Translations under genes and position numbers: made by a program
The notes under the pieces: generated by a model
What the model saw: the letters and a program-made list of their open reading frames with translations, nothing else
The model's database searches: none
Told to the model about the DNA's origin: nothing
Source: Amoebidium appalachense
Lineage: Eukaryota; Protista; Ichthyosporea
Assembly (NCBI GenBank): GCA_963693365.1
Contig: CAVNZM010000017.1
Span: 3,763,375-3,827,374 of the forward strand
Direction of reading: 5' to 3'
Length of the DNA stretch: 64,000 nucleotides
Shown: positions 41,054 through 52,058 of the stretch, one piece after another
Position numbering within the stretch: position 1 is the stretch's first letter
Layout of the letters: each line of letters opens with the position of its first letter

Positions 41054-42628
41054 ACACCTCCCTTGAAGTTCCCACCAAAGTAAATATGCCCTCTCCCTCC
41101 CTCCTCCTCCCTAAACCCCCGTCCACTCCCACCCCCCGCCCAACTTAAACCCCCCTCCGCTTTCCCCCCGGCCCTCACCCGCCTACCACCCACCCACCCA
41201 TCCACCCACCCACTACATGTGCTCACCCACTCGGTGAAGGGCTGAAGAGGGGGGGGGGGGGGGGGGGGGGGGGGGTGGGGAAAACGAGAATCAAAATCGT
41301 ATCCAGAATTCGGAGAACTGCGTAGAACCCTCCTCCCTCACTTGTCCCCCCAAGAGCAAACATACACCATGCACAAAAACACAGCCGAACAACCGTGCCA
41401 CCTTCGCAAAAGAATCAAATGAATTGTGGAAACGAAAAACCCCGTCCGCTGAAAATCTAGAATGTAGGTGTTCCATGGAGAAAATGACCTTGGTAAGTCA
41501 GTATCCCCCCCCCCCCCCCCCTCCCCCCCCCCCCCTCCCCCCCCCCCCCCAAAAAAAAAAAAAAAAAAAAAAGGAGAAAAAGAAAAAGAAGAAGAATTAA
41601 AGAAAGGAAGAAAGAGAAGAGAAAAGAAAAGAAGAACCTAATTTAAAGTCGTACCTCGGGTATTACCTTCCATCCCCGGCTACCTGCGGCGCCATCCCCA
41701 CCAGTACCCGGAAAGGGCATGGGGTCGGCGCTCGAATCTCCTATCAGCTGTTCACCCTGCGTGCTCCCAGCCACCGAGTCCTCCGAAACATCCGGGGTTC
41801 CCTCAATCCCAATATCGGAACTAGGCATGGGTTGAGTTGCCCTCCGCACGACAGATTGCGATTCCGAGTTTCGCAAAAACGAAGCCCCCCTTCTCAATAC
41901 GTCAGTTGGCGGCGAGCGGTTGTTTTTCCCACCGGCCAAACTCATAAGTGTGCGACGGTTCGATGCTTGTTGAGGCTGGTTGATAATGGAACTTCGCATC
42001 TGTACTGATTTTACGAGAAGTAGCATTGCCCTTATATGGCAAAAGGCGCCGAACAGGAGGGATCCCATTGGTAGAACCACACTCAACAGCACGAGCAGCA
42101 TTTTGCTGTGCTGCAACCCACACCTGTCCCTTTTTCTACCAAACATACCGAAAAAATGCACGGGGAGTGTAAACACAAGGGGTATAGGCACCAACCATAG
42201 AAAAAGGCAAAACAGATAGTATCGCTTGGACGGTTTGTCGCCTTTAAGAGTACGCAGTAGCACAAACGCAACCCACGCAGTAGAAAACGTACTACACAAG
42301 ACAGACGTATGCCACATAAACCCGAGCCTATCCCACCCTAGGGGTATATTCCCTATTTCACTGAATGGTTCCTTGCACGAGGGGAGGTTAGCGATCATGG
42401 TTGTGACAACCATGAAGATGTCGGAGGCGCCGATGTAGGCGGGGAAGTACTGGATGATGGACATGCTGCCGGGCCGCATGTAGTGCCGCACCGCCGTGGC
42501 AAACAGAATCGCAAGGCACGCGGTAAGACTGGCGGTTGCTGTTGTATAGGCGGCAGTCTACGGGGGAATTGGGTTAGTCAAATCGGGGTTGATCAGTATG
42601 TAGCATGTATACCCAGCCATGGAATTCT

Positions 42629-42694
<66 letters not shown>

Positions 42695-43384
42695 GGGGAG
42701 GGGGGGGGGGGGGGGGGTGGGGGGGTGGGGAGGGGTAGGGGGGAGTGGGGGGGAGGGGTAATATATAGATACTTTGAAAACAAAACTCCAGCTCGAAGCA
42801 AAGACACACGTGCAAAGACGGCTGCGCAAGAGGGTGATTGCAAGAGCTGCAAAGAAAGGTTGCCCCTTCCCTCCCCCCCTCCCCCCTTCCCCCCCCCCCC
42901 CCCCCCCCAAAAAAAAATAATAATAATAATAATAATAATAATATTAATAATAAATCAAATAAATCAAATAATAACAACAATAATAATAGCAACAATAATA
43001 ATAATGTAATAAAAAAATAGAAAAGAGGGGGGAAAAAGAAAACGATCCATCACTTCCTGGGCCGTCTTATCTGCCACCGTCTCTGGAGGTTAGGTCGGTT
43101 GAAAGGTGACAGGTTCCGCATAAATTGAATTGGAACCATGTGTTTACAGCATCAACATCTCATATACTTTTGCCTTGTGTGCGCGAGGTTGTGGTCGTGT
43201 GTGCCTGTGCGTGGGCAGAATAAAAGAATCGAAAGAAACAGTAAAGGAGCCTTCGACCTGATCGAGGGGGAGAAGGCGGGGGAGGGAGGGAGGTGGAAAG
43301 GGAAATTCCGGGATCGGATAACGATTTGGTTACGTTTATATAATATTAATTTATTTGCTAGTCTATTTCTTCCCCCCTCCCTCC

Positions 43385-43415
<31 letters not shown>

Positions 43416-43577
43416 AAAAAAAAAAAAAAAAGAAAAAAAAGAGGGGGGGGGAGGGGGGGGGGGGGAGACGTCTGATAGGAAAAGTACCTGAACTAGATGG
43501 AAGGTGTTGCAATCAAACCCTCCACAGGGAATCTCATCTGCTTTGTACAAATCAAACGAACAGTGATTGCCCATCAT
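40395..43577 (-). CDS. 7TM GPCR paralogue, copy 2 (~456 aa)
   Basis: Exons 43577-43488 (MMGNHCSFDLYKADEIPCGGFDCNTFHLVQ), 42557-41667, 40784 (or 40772)-40395. Same intron positions as copy 1. TM6 FFIQWLPY and TM7 GGVYDALLYG. Frame intact. Confidence 0.78.
42914..43010. repeat. (AAT)n-rich microsatellite in GPCR copy 2 intron 1
   Basis: Imperfect AAT/AAC repeats. Confidence 0.85.
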
Positions 43578-44552
43578 GGATTATCGGTGTTCTTGCGTTT
43601 GCACAGGGCAGGAGAAAACGGTAATGCCAGTTAAAGAGAAGGTTTTGCAAGCTGAGTGTATACTAAGATACTAGATACATAACACCACGTACGGCCAGGC
43701 AACAAAACCGTTGGATCCGAATGTTAAGTGTTTAGCCTAAGGCACGAGGGCTGGTTGCAGAAAGAGGAAAGGCGAAAAAATTCAAGTTTGGTTGGTGTTT
43801 TTTCCTTCCTTCACCATTCAATTCCCACGGTTGGGTTTCCTCGTACAGTCTTTGTTTGCAAAAAAACACAACAGCACGCCAAAAAAATTTGCACCAAAAA
43901 AGCCCCATGGACTACATTAATCATGAACCTCAGTTGAGTGACCGGACACATCACAAGAAACAGTGCAACAAAGGAAAACTCAAAATGTGGCCCTTGAACC
44001 CTACCAACCGCACATTTTTTTCGTGAAAATAAAAGACTCCCTCCCCCCTATCCTCATTTCACCGTAAACTTTGACTCTTGTTTGTCGTTTAAAATATTTC
44101 TTCGCCCTTAAATTTTTGGTCGTGTTTTCACTTACTTGACTCACATGTACCACACCGACTCAGCCGGACTCAGCCAAGATCGCAATCTGATAAGCCATAT
44201 TAGGCTCGTTTAGTGAGCCACCTGAAGCGCGCGCTTACCATTTCAGGCTAACTGAGGGGGGGACGCGTGGGCACCTTGTGTGCACGGGGCACCAGGGGAC
44301 GCCGTTTTGCTCATGTCTTGGTGGTCGCCAACTACACCCTACGTACGGGCCAGTCAGCAACAGAACACGCACTTGATGCTCTTTAGAAACCAAATGTAGT
44401 TGATATCCCTGTGCGTGTGTGCTGATGAACGAACGAAAGAAACCGGCAGATGAGCAGATGTGTCAAGTATGAAATGATTCTTCTTTGGGCCATCTAAAGT
44501 GTATCGATACTGCTATATTCCTGCTTTTTAGTTTTACATCAGCTTTTTTTGG

Positions 44553-44587
<35 letters not shown>

Positions 44588-44771
44588 GCCTTTTTACAAC
44601 TGCTTCGCTTTTGCCACATCATAAAAAAGGGTTGACTTTTTACGAGTCTATTTACTCTCCTATCCTTTTCCTACCTAAGATCTCCCTTGACCTGCTCCCT
44701 CCTCCTCCTCCCATGGCCACCTTTCGCCTCCTTCTATCTCAGCTCAAGTCACAGTGGGGTAAAGTTGATGT

Positions 44772-46913
44772 ATGTGTATGCTGTGCAACGAACACCCTGT
44801 ATATATGCGCCTATTGGAATCTGCACAAACCAGACCAGATTCAAATCTCGTACTAGATACATGCACTAACTTTATTGTTGATGATTTAATAGATCTCGGT
44901 GATTATGCTGGTGGTGGTAGGAAGGAATATCCCGATGCCCTCTTGTTACCAAACACCGCTCCCGCTAGACTAGGTGAGCCCCTGTCTCAAAAGGAAAGCT
45001 TGCGCCGGCTTGCTAGTTGTATGAATCGATTTGGCCCCCCTGCTCGTATAATTGGTGATACCACTGGAGACCCCCTCATAGACTCTGATAAGTATTTCTC
45101 GGAACTGTTTAAAGATAAGACCTTCGCTCAGAAACCTATTGTGTGGCCTGTAGACCCATCTATCCCCATAGAATCGGTCCTCCCCTTTTTCAGTCCCGCT
45201 ACCGTATGGTCTGTGATATCTAGTTATAGCTCTAGTAAGTCTTGTGGACCTGATGGACTTCCTGCCGGCTTTCTTAAAATCCTTGTTCCCTCCTACCCAC
45301 AAAAGGAAAGTGATCGTTCTATTAAACCTGATCTTACTATTATGTTATGCTCTCTCTTTTCTTGGTGTGTTAAATGTGGACATGTCCCGTCATTTTGGTT
45401 AGATACCTTAGTGATCCCCATAGTGAAGAAGGACTCTGAGGGCCCCATAGATATCATCTTTTCGCCCCATCACACTAACCCAGGTTGTTCGTAGATTCTT
45501 TGAAGCTTGCTTACTTAGGTTATTTGCACATCACCCTAGGTTTCAATCTGTTCTTCACATACACCCATGCCAATCCGCTTTTCGTAAAAACAATTCATGT
45601 TATGTTCAAATAATGGCACTGCACGATTCTATGCAAGTTGGTGCACAATATGTTTGGTTTTATTGATTGGAAAACTGCTTACGACTCTGTCTCCCCTGGT
45701 CTCCTATGGGAAAAGCTTGCTGCACGGGGTGTACCACACTGCATTGGTGTTTTGTTAGAAGCGTTTTTGTCCCATACCTAAGGTAGAGCTGTGATTAATA
45801 GTCATCTTTAATATGGTTTTTCTCGTACTAGAGGTCTCTTGCAGGGTTCATTGCTTAGCCCCTTTTTGTTTGACCTACTTATAGATGATTTGGCTGTCAA
45901 GATTTATGCCGAAAATGATGACCCTATTAATAACTTTCCGCCTGCACTTCTCTATGCTGATGATCTGTCCCTCCTTGCCCGTACCCCTAGACGCCTGCAA
46001 AGATTATTCGATGTAGTGTCAGAGTGGTGCAAGGCAAACCTTGTGATCCTTAACATAGACAAATGTGGTGTTCTTGTACCTGATATAGCTAACAATTTAC
46101 ACACATTTACATTATCATCTAAACTTGTAGCTATAGTTCCAGAATACAAATATCTTGGTGTTCCGGTTAATTCTGTTGGTGTTATGTTTTCCCATATGGT
46201 CGAAAAGAGGGTAGAGCTGGCTCGTAAGCGGTTAGCTTTCTTATCGGCTAATATTTTTAAAGACACACCCCTCCATCCTTCTATTAGACTTACATTTATT
46301 CGCACTTTTGTCTTCCCGGCATGTGCTTATGGTTTACCCCTTCTCGCCGCTTGGATCAAGAAAGAGAGAACTAGAGCGCTCTTAAACCCTTGGCAAATTT
46401 CCTTGAAGCAGAAGATGCCTCCTTTCTATCTAACAACTGTTGTAAACCTGGGCCTGTAACGCTCTCGATATATGGTCTGGTCCTAATAGCTGCTAGAGTA
46501 TCCCATACTACGCTTTTAGGCTGTACACGTGCTATACAGTGGAGATCTAATAAGTATAAGGTGGCATCGTTTGCATGCCCAAACAACACACACACACACC
46601 AGTTTAAACGGTCATGTATTGCCAAATGTAGTTTGATAGACCACATAATACCGCAACACACACACGTCACATTCACAACAGACACCCAGAAAGATAGCCT
46701 ACCTGAAAATTACCACATCCTTGATTTTATACTAAACACGCGTAACTACGACCTGTTTATTAGATGTATTGATTGGCTTGAGAAACACATCATTACAAAA
46801 TTCTAGCGCACACAGACACCGGCACACGCACACGCACACACACACACAACCAGCTGATACGGAGTGTCCCAGGGGAGCCCGGAAAAAAAAAAAAGAAAAA
46901 AACAAAAAAAAAA
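44772..46913 (+). mobile_element. Decayed non-LTR (LINE-like) retrotransposon reverse transcriptase
   Basis: RT motifs in order: YFSELF, KSCGPDGLPAGFLK, WLDTLVIPIVKK, (frameshift ~45455) FRPITL, CQSAFRKNNSC, (frameshift ~45655) FIDWKTAYDSV, stops TAA 45779 and 45809, RGLLQGSLLSPFLF, LLYADDL (YADD 45953-45964), KCG, EYKYLGV. After a frameshift at ~46390, a Cys/His tail runs to the stop at 46806. An A-rich tract lies at ~46883-46913. AT-rich and intronless. The 5' boundary is uncertain (possibly ~44470). Confidence 0.9.
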
Positions 46914-47352
46914 CGGGGAACCCCAACTAATTGATTTTTCTTAGTCTTTATGGTGTCTGGTAGAGAAAGTAAACCCTGATATATAATCATCACCCGACAT
47001 CTATGTACGTGATCATGATATACGGGCCGCTGAGGGGATATTCCAAGCAAAAACCCCCCATACCTGAGACTGGTCTCTCTTTGCCTCGAGTAAACAGCGT
47101 AAACCCCCACATCTATTTCCCCCCTTTCTTTCTTTATTTCTTTCTTTCTTTTTTTTTTTTTTAAGTTGCCTACTAACTAATCTATTGTGTGAAAAATACC
47201 TTCTTGTTTAACTGATTTTTCGGAGTCTTCTTTTTGCTCCCTCGCAGGTTCATTGCCTTCCGTATAGAGCCCGTATAGAAACTATATCACTCGGTGACTT
47301 TCGAAGTCCCCCCCCCCCCCCGCCCCCCCCCCCCCCCCCCTCCCCCCTCCCC

Positions 47353-47383
<31 letters not shown>

Positions 47384-47551
47384 ATCCCTCCCTCCCTTCC
47401 CTCCCTCTCTCCTTCCCTCCCTCCCACCCACCCACCCACCCTCCCTCCCTTCATCCCGTCGTTTTTTGGTCCAGTTTTGTGGAAAAGTCTCAGGGCATCG
47501 CCACACGCTGCATGTTCCTAACAGTCCGCGGAGAAACCATCAACTGCAACC

Positions 47552-48072
47552 ATGAACCTTTCAGGCTGTATTTTTGACCTGTACAGAGCAGAACACTTTC
47601 CATGTGGGGGGTTTAACTGCACCATCTTCCAAGCAGTACAGGCATGTGTACTCCAAACCCCCCCTCTGCACACGCACGACCATCAACACAACATGCAAAG
47701 CGTGGCGCAGCATCCATAGACAGACAAGCATGGCGCAGGCCCGAAGAAAGTCTTGCTGGCACACACAACACATTTTGTTAATGACCCTGAACCAGCACGC
47801 ACGCGCGCACACACACACACATTTTTATTTTTATTTTATCACGTTTTGTTCCCGGAGGACCTTTGCAGGCCTTCAAGGGAACTACCGTCTACCACACAGC
47901 ACCGACAGTACACTAGTTAGGGTGCTGAACACACGCACACACACACAATAAACACGTGTATGAGAACTGATATAAACACACACACACAAAAGAAAACTAA
48001 AACACGGGAACACTGACAAGTATTCACACACACCACACACACGCATAACAGCATGCATGGACACACCTTATT

Positions 48073-48121
<49 letters not shown>

Positions 48122-50311
48122 AAAAAAAAAAGAAAAGAAAAAAGAAACGCACTACCACTATCCGGGGGCCCCCTTCCGGCCCCTCCCCCCCCCCCCCCCC
48201 CCCCCCCCCCCCCACCTTCCCTCCCTCCAACCCCCCCCCCCCCCCACCCCCCACCCCCCCACCCCTCCCCCCGTTCCCCCTTCCATTTAATTCCCTACCT
48301 CTTTCTGTTTTCTCGCTCTCGGCATACTTCCCTCTCCCTTCCTCTCCCGTTCCCTCGCTCTTTCTCTCCCTCTTCCCCCCCCCCCCCCCCCCCCCCCTTC
48401 TCTCTCTTCCTCTCTCCCTCCCTCCCTCCCTCCACCCCCCTCTCCCCGATGCCCCCGCCCCAAACCTCACCCGCGCAACCATTTTTCTTCTTTCTCCTCC
48501 TTCCCCTCCCCCCCTCCCCAACCACACACACACACAACTAAAACAAAGCAAGAAAAGACAAAAGAAGGAAGGAAACAAGAAGTAAGCATACCACCGCACT
48601 TCCAGATGATTGCAAAAGCAAACGCACCGATTGGCCACCCTCATGTTCCCTCTACACACCCCAATACCAAGCCCAGTATTGATAAATTCTCCTTTTTCTG
48701 CAGATTGCATCCAACACGACGGCCACGTGCAGCCTGGTGGTGTGCCTTTGCGATTCTGTTTGCCATAGCGGTGCGGCACTACATGTAGCCCGGCAACATG
48801 TCCATCATCCAGTACTTCCCCGCCTACATCTGCGCCTCCGACATCTTCATGGCCGTCACAACCATGATCGCTAACTTTTCCTTTGTGCAACCAGTACCCT
48901 GCCGCCGTTATGAAGAACAGGTGCGATGGGGTTGGGTTCGTGTGGCAGACATCTGTTTTGTGTAGCACGTTTTCGACGGCGTGGACTGCGTTTGTGCTAC
49001 TGCGTACGCTTAAAGGCGATAAACCCACCACGCGGCTTTACGTACTCAGCTTTTCCCTTTGGATTGGACCTATCCCTGTTGCATTCACCTTCCCCATGCA
49101 CCTGGCCAATGTTTGGGATAAAACGAGATAGGTGCGGGCTACAACACAGTAAGGCCCTTCTTATTCTAATCAGTTCTGCCTTTGGGGTCGCTATTTTTGG
49201 GCGCTGTATGCCATATTTGGGCAATGCTACTTCTCGTGAAATCGTTGCGAATGAGGAATTTGAACAACCAGCAACAAGCACAATCGAATCGAAGAACACT
49301 TATGGGGTTGGCCGGAGGAACAGGCGACCATTCACAGTCAACTGTACTGAGAGGAGGGGTTTCGGCGCGTCGAAATTCCGAATCGCAATCGGTTATGAGA
49401 CGTCCGATTCAACCAACACCTAAACCTGAAACGAGAGAATTGGTCAAAGTAGGGGAGGGGATTTCCGCAAACAAACGCGAGACCCAATTTAACGATGCGA
49501 GTGGGGGGTGACAATATCGAACCCCGGCCTTTTCCGGGTGGTGGTGGGAGTGGCACACCGACAATGGACCAGGGGCGGAAGGTACATATTTTTTTGAGTG
49601 GGGTGTGAGGTGGGGGGTGGGTGGTGGGGAGAGGGGGGGGGGGGGGGGGGGGGGGGGGGCAGGGTGGGGGAATGTGTAAGGGGAGGGATGGGGAAACTGT
49701 CTCAGTGTTAGCGTGCTTACAGAGGGGTAACACTGAGGCGTACTTACGGAGGGCTAGAAAGTGTATGTTTGTGTCTTAAGTTTTTTTTTTTTTTTTTTTT
49801 TTGGGGGGGGGGGGGAGGGGGGGGGAAAGGGAAGGCTGGAGGGAGGGGGGGGGGGGGGAGGGGGGAGAGTAGTGAGGGGGGGGGAGGGGAAGGGGGGGAG
49901 AGGGAGGGGGGGGGGGAGGAGGGGCGGGGAGGGGGGGGGGGGTTTGACTTATCATCTTGAAGTGAGGCAAGCCAAAGGAAAGGGCGGAGGAGTATATTGT
50001 TGGGGAAGGGTGAGCCGGGGGCGAAAGGGAACGGGTGTCTATACCCTTTATCCACCCACAATGACTGGTTGTGTTTTGTGTCAAAGCTTGTCTAAAATTT
50101 TGCCTGTTCTGTCCCTCAATTTGGGGTGGTCGGGGAGAGGGGGCAGGGGGGGGGGGGGGGGGGGGGGGGGTTATGTATATGTCTATTGGTCGGAGAGGTG
50201 CTAGAGAGCTGGGGGGGGGGGCAATTGCTGGGGTGAAAAGAAGAAATTCGAACAATTCATCTGAGAGGTGGCTGTAAGGGGGAAGAAATGGTGGGGGGTG
50301 AGGAGAAAGAT

Positions 50312-50347
<36 letters not shown>

Positions 50348-50760
50348 CGTTTATTTCATTGATACTTAATAATCAATCACACCTGCATGTTCTTCAGTGG
50401 TGGGGTAAATCCATCTTTGCCATTCCGTTCGGCAGCGACGATATCCTGCCTGCCTCCCGGGCTGTGGATGCGGACCCGGAAAAACAGGAGGCAATGCAGA
50501 GACTAGCGGTATTTTTCGTGTTTTTTGCACTCGTTTTTTTCATTCAGTGGCTCCCATACGCCACTTACGTTGTTTACTCGATTGTTAACGGGTGCACGAA
50601 CATTCCTCTTACGTTTTTGCAGGCGATTACAGTAAATTTGGGGTGGATTTTTGATGCGGCTTTATACAGTATCCTGTTGTGGCTCAAACAAAACAGACTT
50701 TCGAATTCACGCACAGCGCCTGAACCGGTTGACCAGCCGAATATGTATGTGTGCACTTGA
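47552..50760 (+). pseudogene. 7TM GPCR paralogue, copy 3, pseudogene
   Basis: Exon 1 47552-47641 (MNLSGCIFDLYRAEHFPCGGFNCTIFQAVQ), exon 2 48704-49581, exon 3 ~50398-50760. Lesions relative to copies 1 and 2: +1 T at ~48748, CGG>TAG stop at 48786-48788, frameshifts at ~48878, ~49108, ~49170 and ~49505, and ctgcag>ctgcat at 50388. Confidence 0.82.
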
Positions 50761-51351
50761 TGTGAAGTGCGAATGGCTCGAAACGGTTGCAAGCAGCTGC
50801 ATTAAAAAACAAAAGGGTGGGTGGGTGCGCGGGGTGGGGGAAGAGGGGGGAGGGGGGGGGGAGGAGGAGGAGGGGGAGGGAAAGAGGGAGGGGGGAGCCT
50901 CGGATCCGCGGAGATCGAGAAAAGGACATGGTTTTTACTATGTACAGCTAACCGTGACCTATAATAATTGTGAGATAGTACCAACACACCTGTATACATT
51001 CAGTGGATTTAGATAATATTATATGATCCTTGGCATGTTTCTGGTTCGTTCGGCTCTAGGCTAGTAGCGTGTGCCAATATCAATGAGTTCTTTTCCGGTC
51101 ATTTTCTTCTGTTTCTGTACTTATCGATCTGTTGATATTGGAGTCTCTGTTGACTCCGTATTGAACAAGCATTCCTTTCGGCGAATACATTATGTGGAGG
51201 ATTTATATATTGCGGACCCTGGAATATACCCGTTATATATTTTTTATATAGTATTTCAAATCGCGATCGGATGGCTCTCTTTTTTCCCGTTACCTATATT
51301 ATTTCTGTTTCCTAATTAAGCTGTACGTTTGTAACCGCATGTAACCCCCGC

Positions 51352-51396
<45 letters not shown>

Positions 51397-52058
51397 AAAA
51401 AAGAGAAAAAGAAGAAAAGCCCACCTACACATGACAGACACATACACCACACACCCCATACACACGAAGACAACCATCACACCGCTACCGTGCACAAATC
51501 ATCACCCCAAAGCACTCGGAATACTCTTCACGCCTAGCGGCTGCACCATGCATGCCATGGGATTCATACTGTTAAATCTTTTTTATTACAGCGTTCGTTT
51601 TACCTATGGCCACGGTTTATGCAAGAAGAACTTGATGCAAGTGGAACTTACAGAGAACATTTTTTACTTTTGGCCAAGTAATTATACACGTGTTACTGTG
51701 GCAGGATAACGTTACAACCACTGCCCATTGCTCAAACACTGCGGGATCAATTATGGTGTGCTAAAGATAAGAGCTAGTACTAAAGGTCACACCCTATTAT
51801 CGGCATCTGTGTGTTACAGAGGTTTCTCTCAGATCATAATGGTAGCTTGCCATGCACGGTTATTCTGGCAACGTATTAGTGAATTAGAGCTTTATGATAC
51901 ACAGATGTCATAGCATACAGAAACATCGGCCTAAAAACGGCAGAAAACCAAGAAAAATTATATGCAGAATGAACGTCTGTTACAGAAAATCCACGAAAAT
52001 CCAATCCATTTAAAACACCATGAAATATTATTCCATTCAAATATTTTTGCAACACACA

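Noticed and set aside
44157-44445. HDV-like or hammerhead ribozyme upstream of the RT (GCTAA; CTGATGA...GAAA at ~44422)
   Set aside because: No P1/P3/P1.1 elements for HDV, and no stem II pairing between CTGATGA and GAAA.
48704-49581. GPCR copy 3 as an intact gene with sequencing errors
   Set aside because: Some indels lie in short homopolymers, but the CGG>TAG stop and the non-homopolymer frameshifts are substitutions or deletions, and the other genes in the window are error-free.
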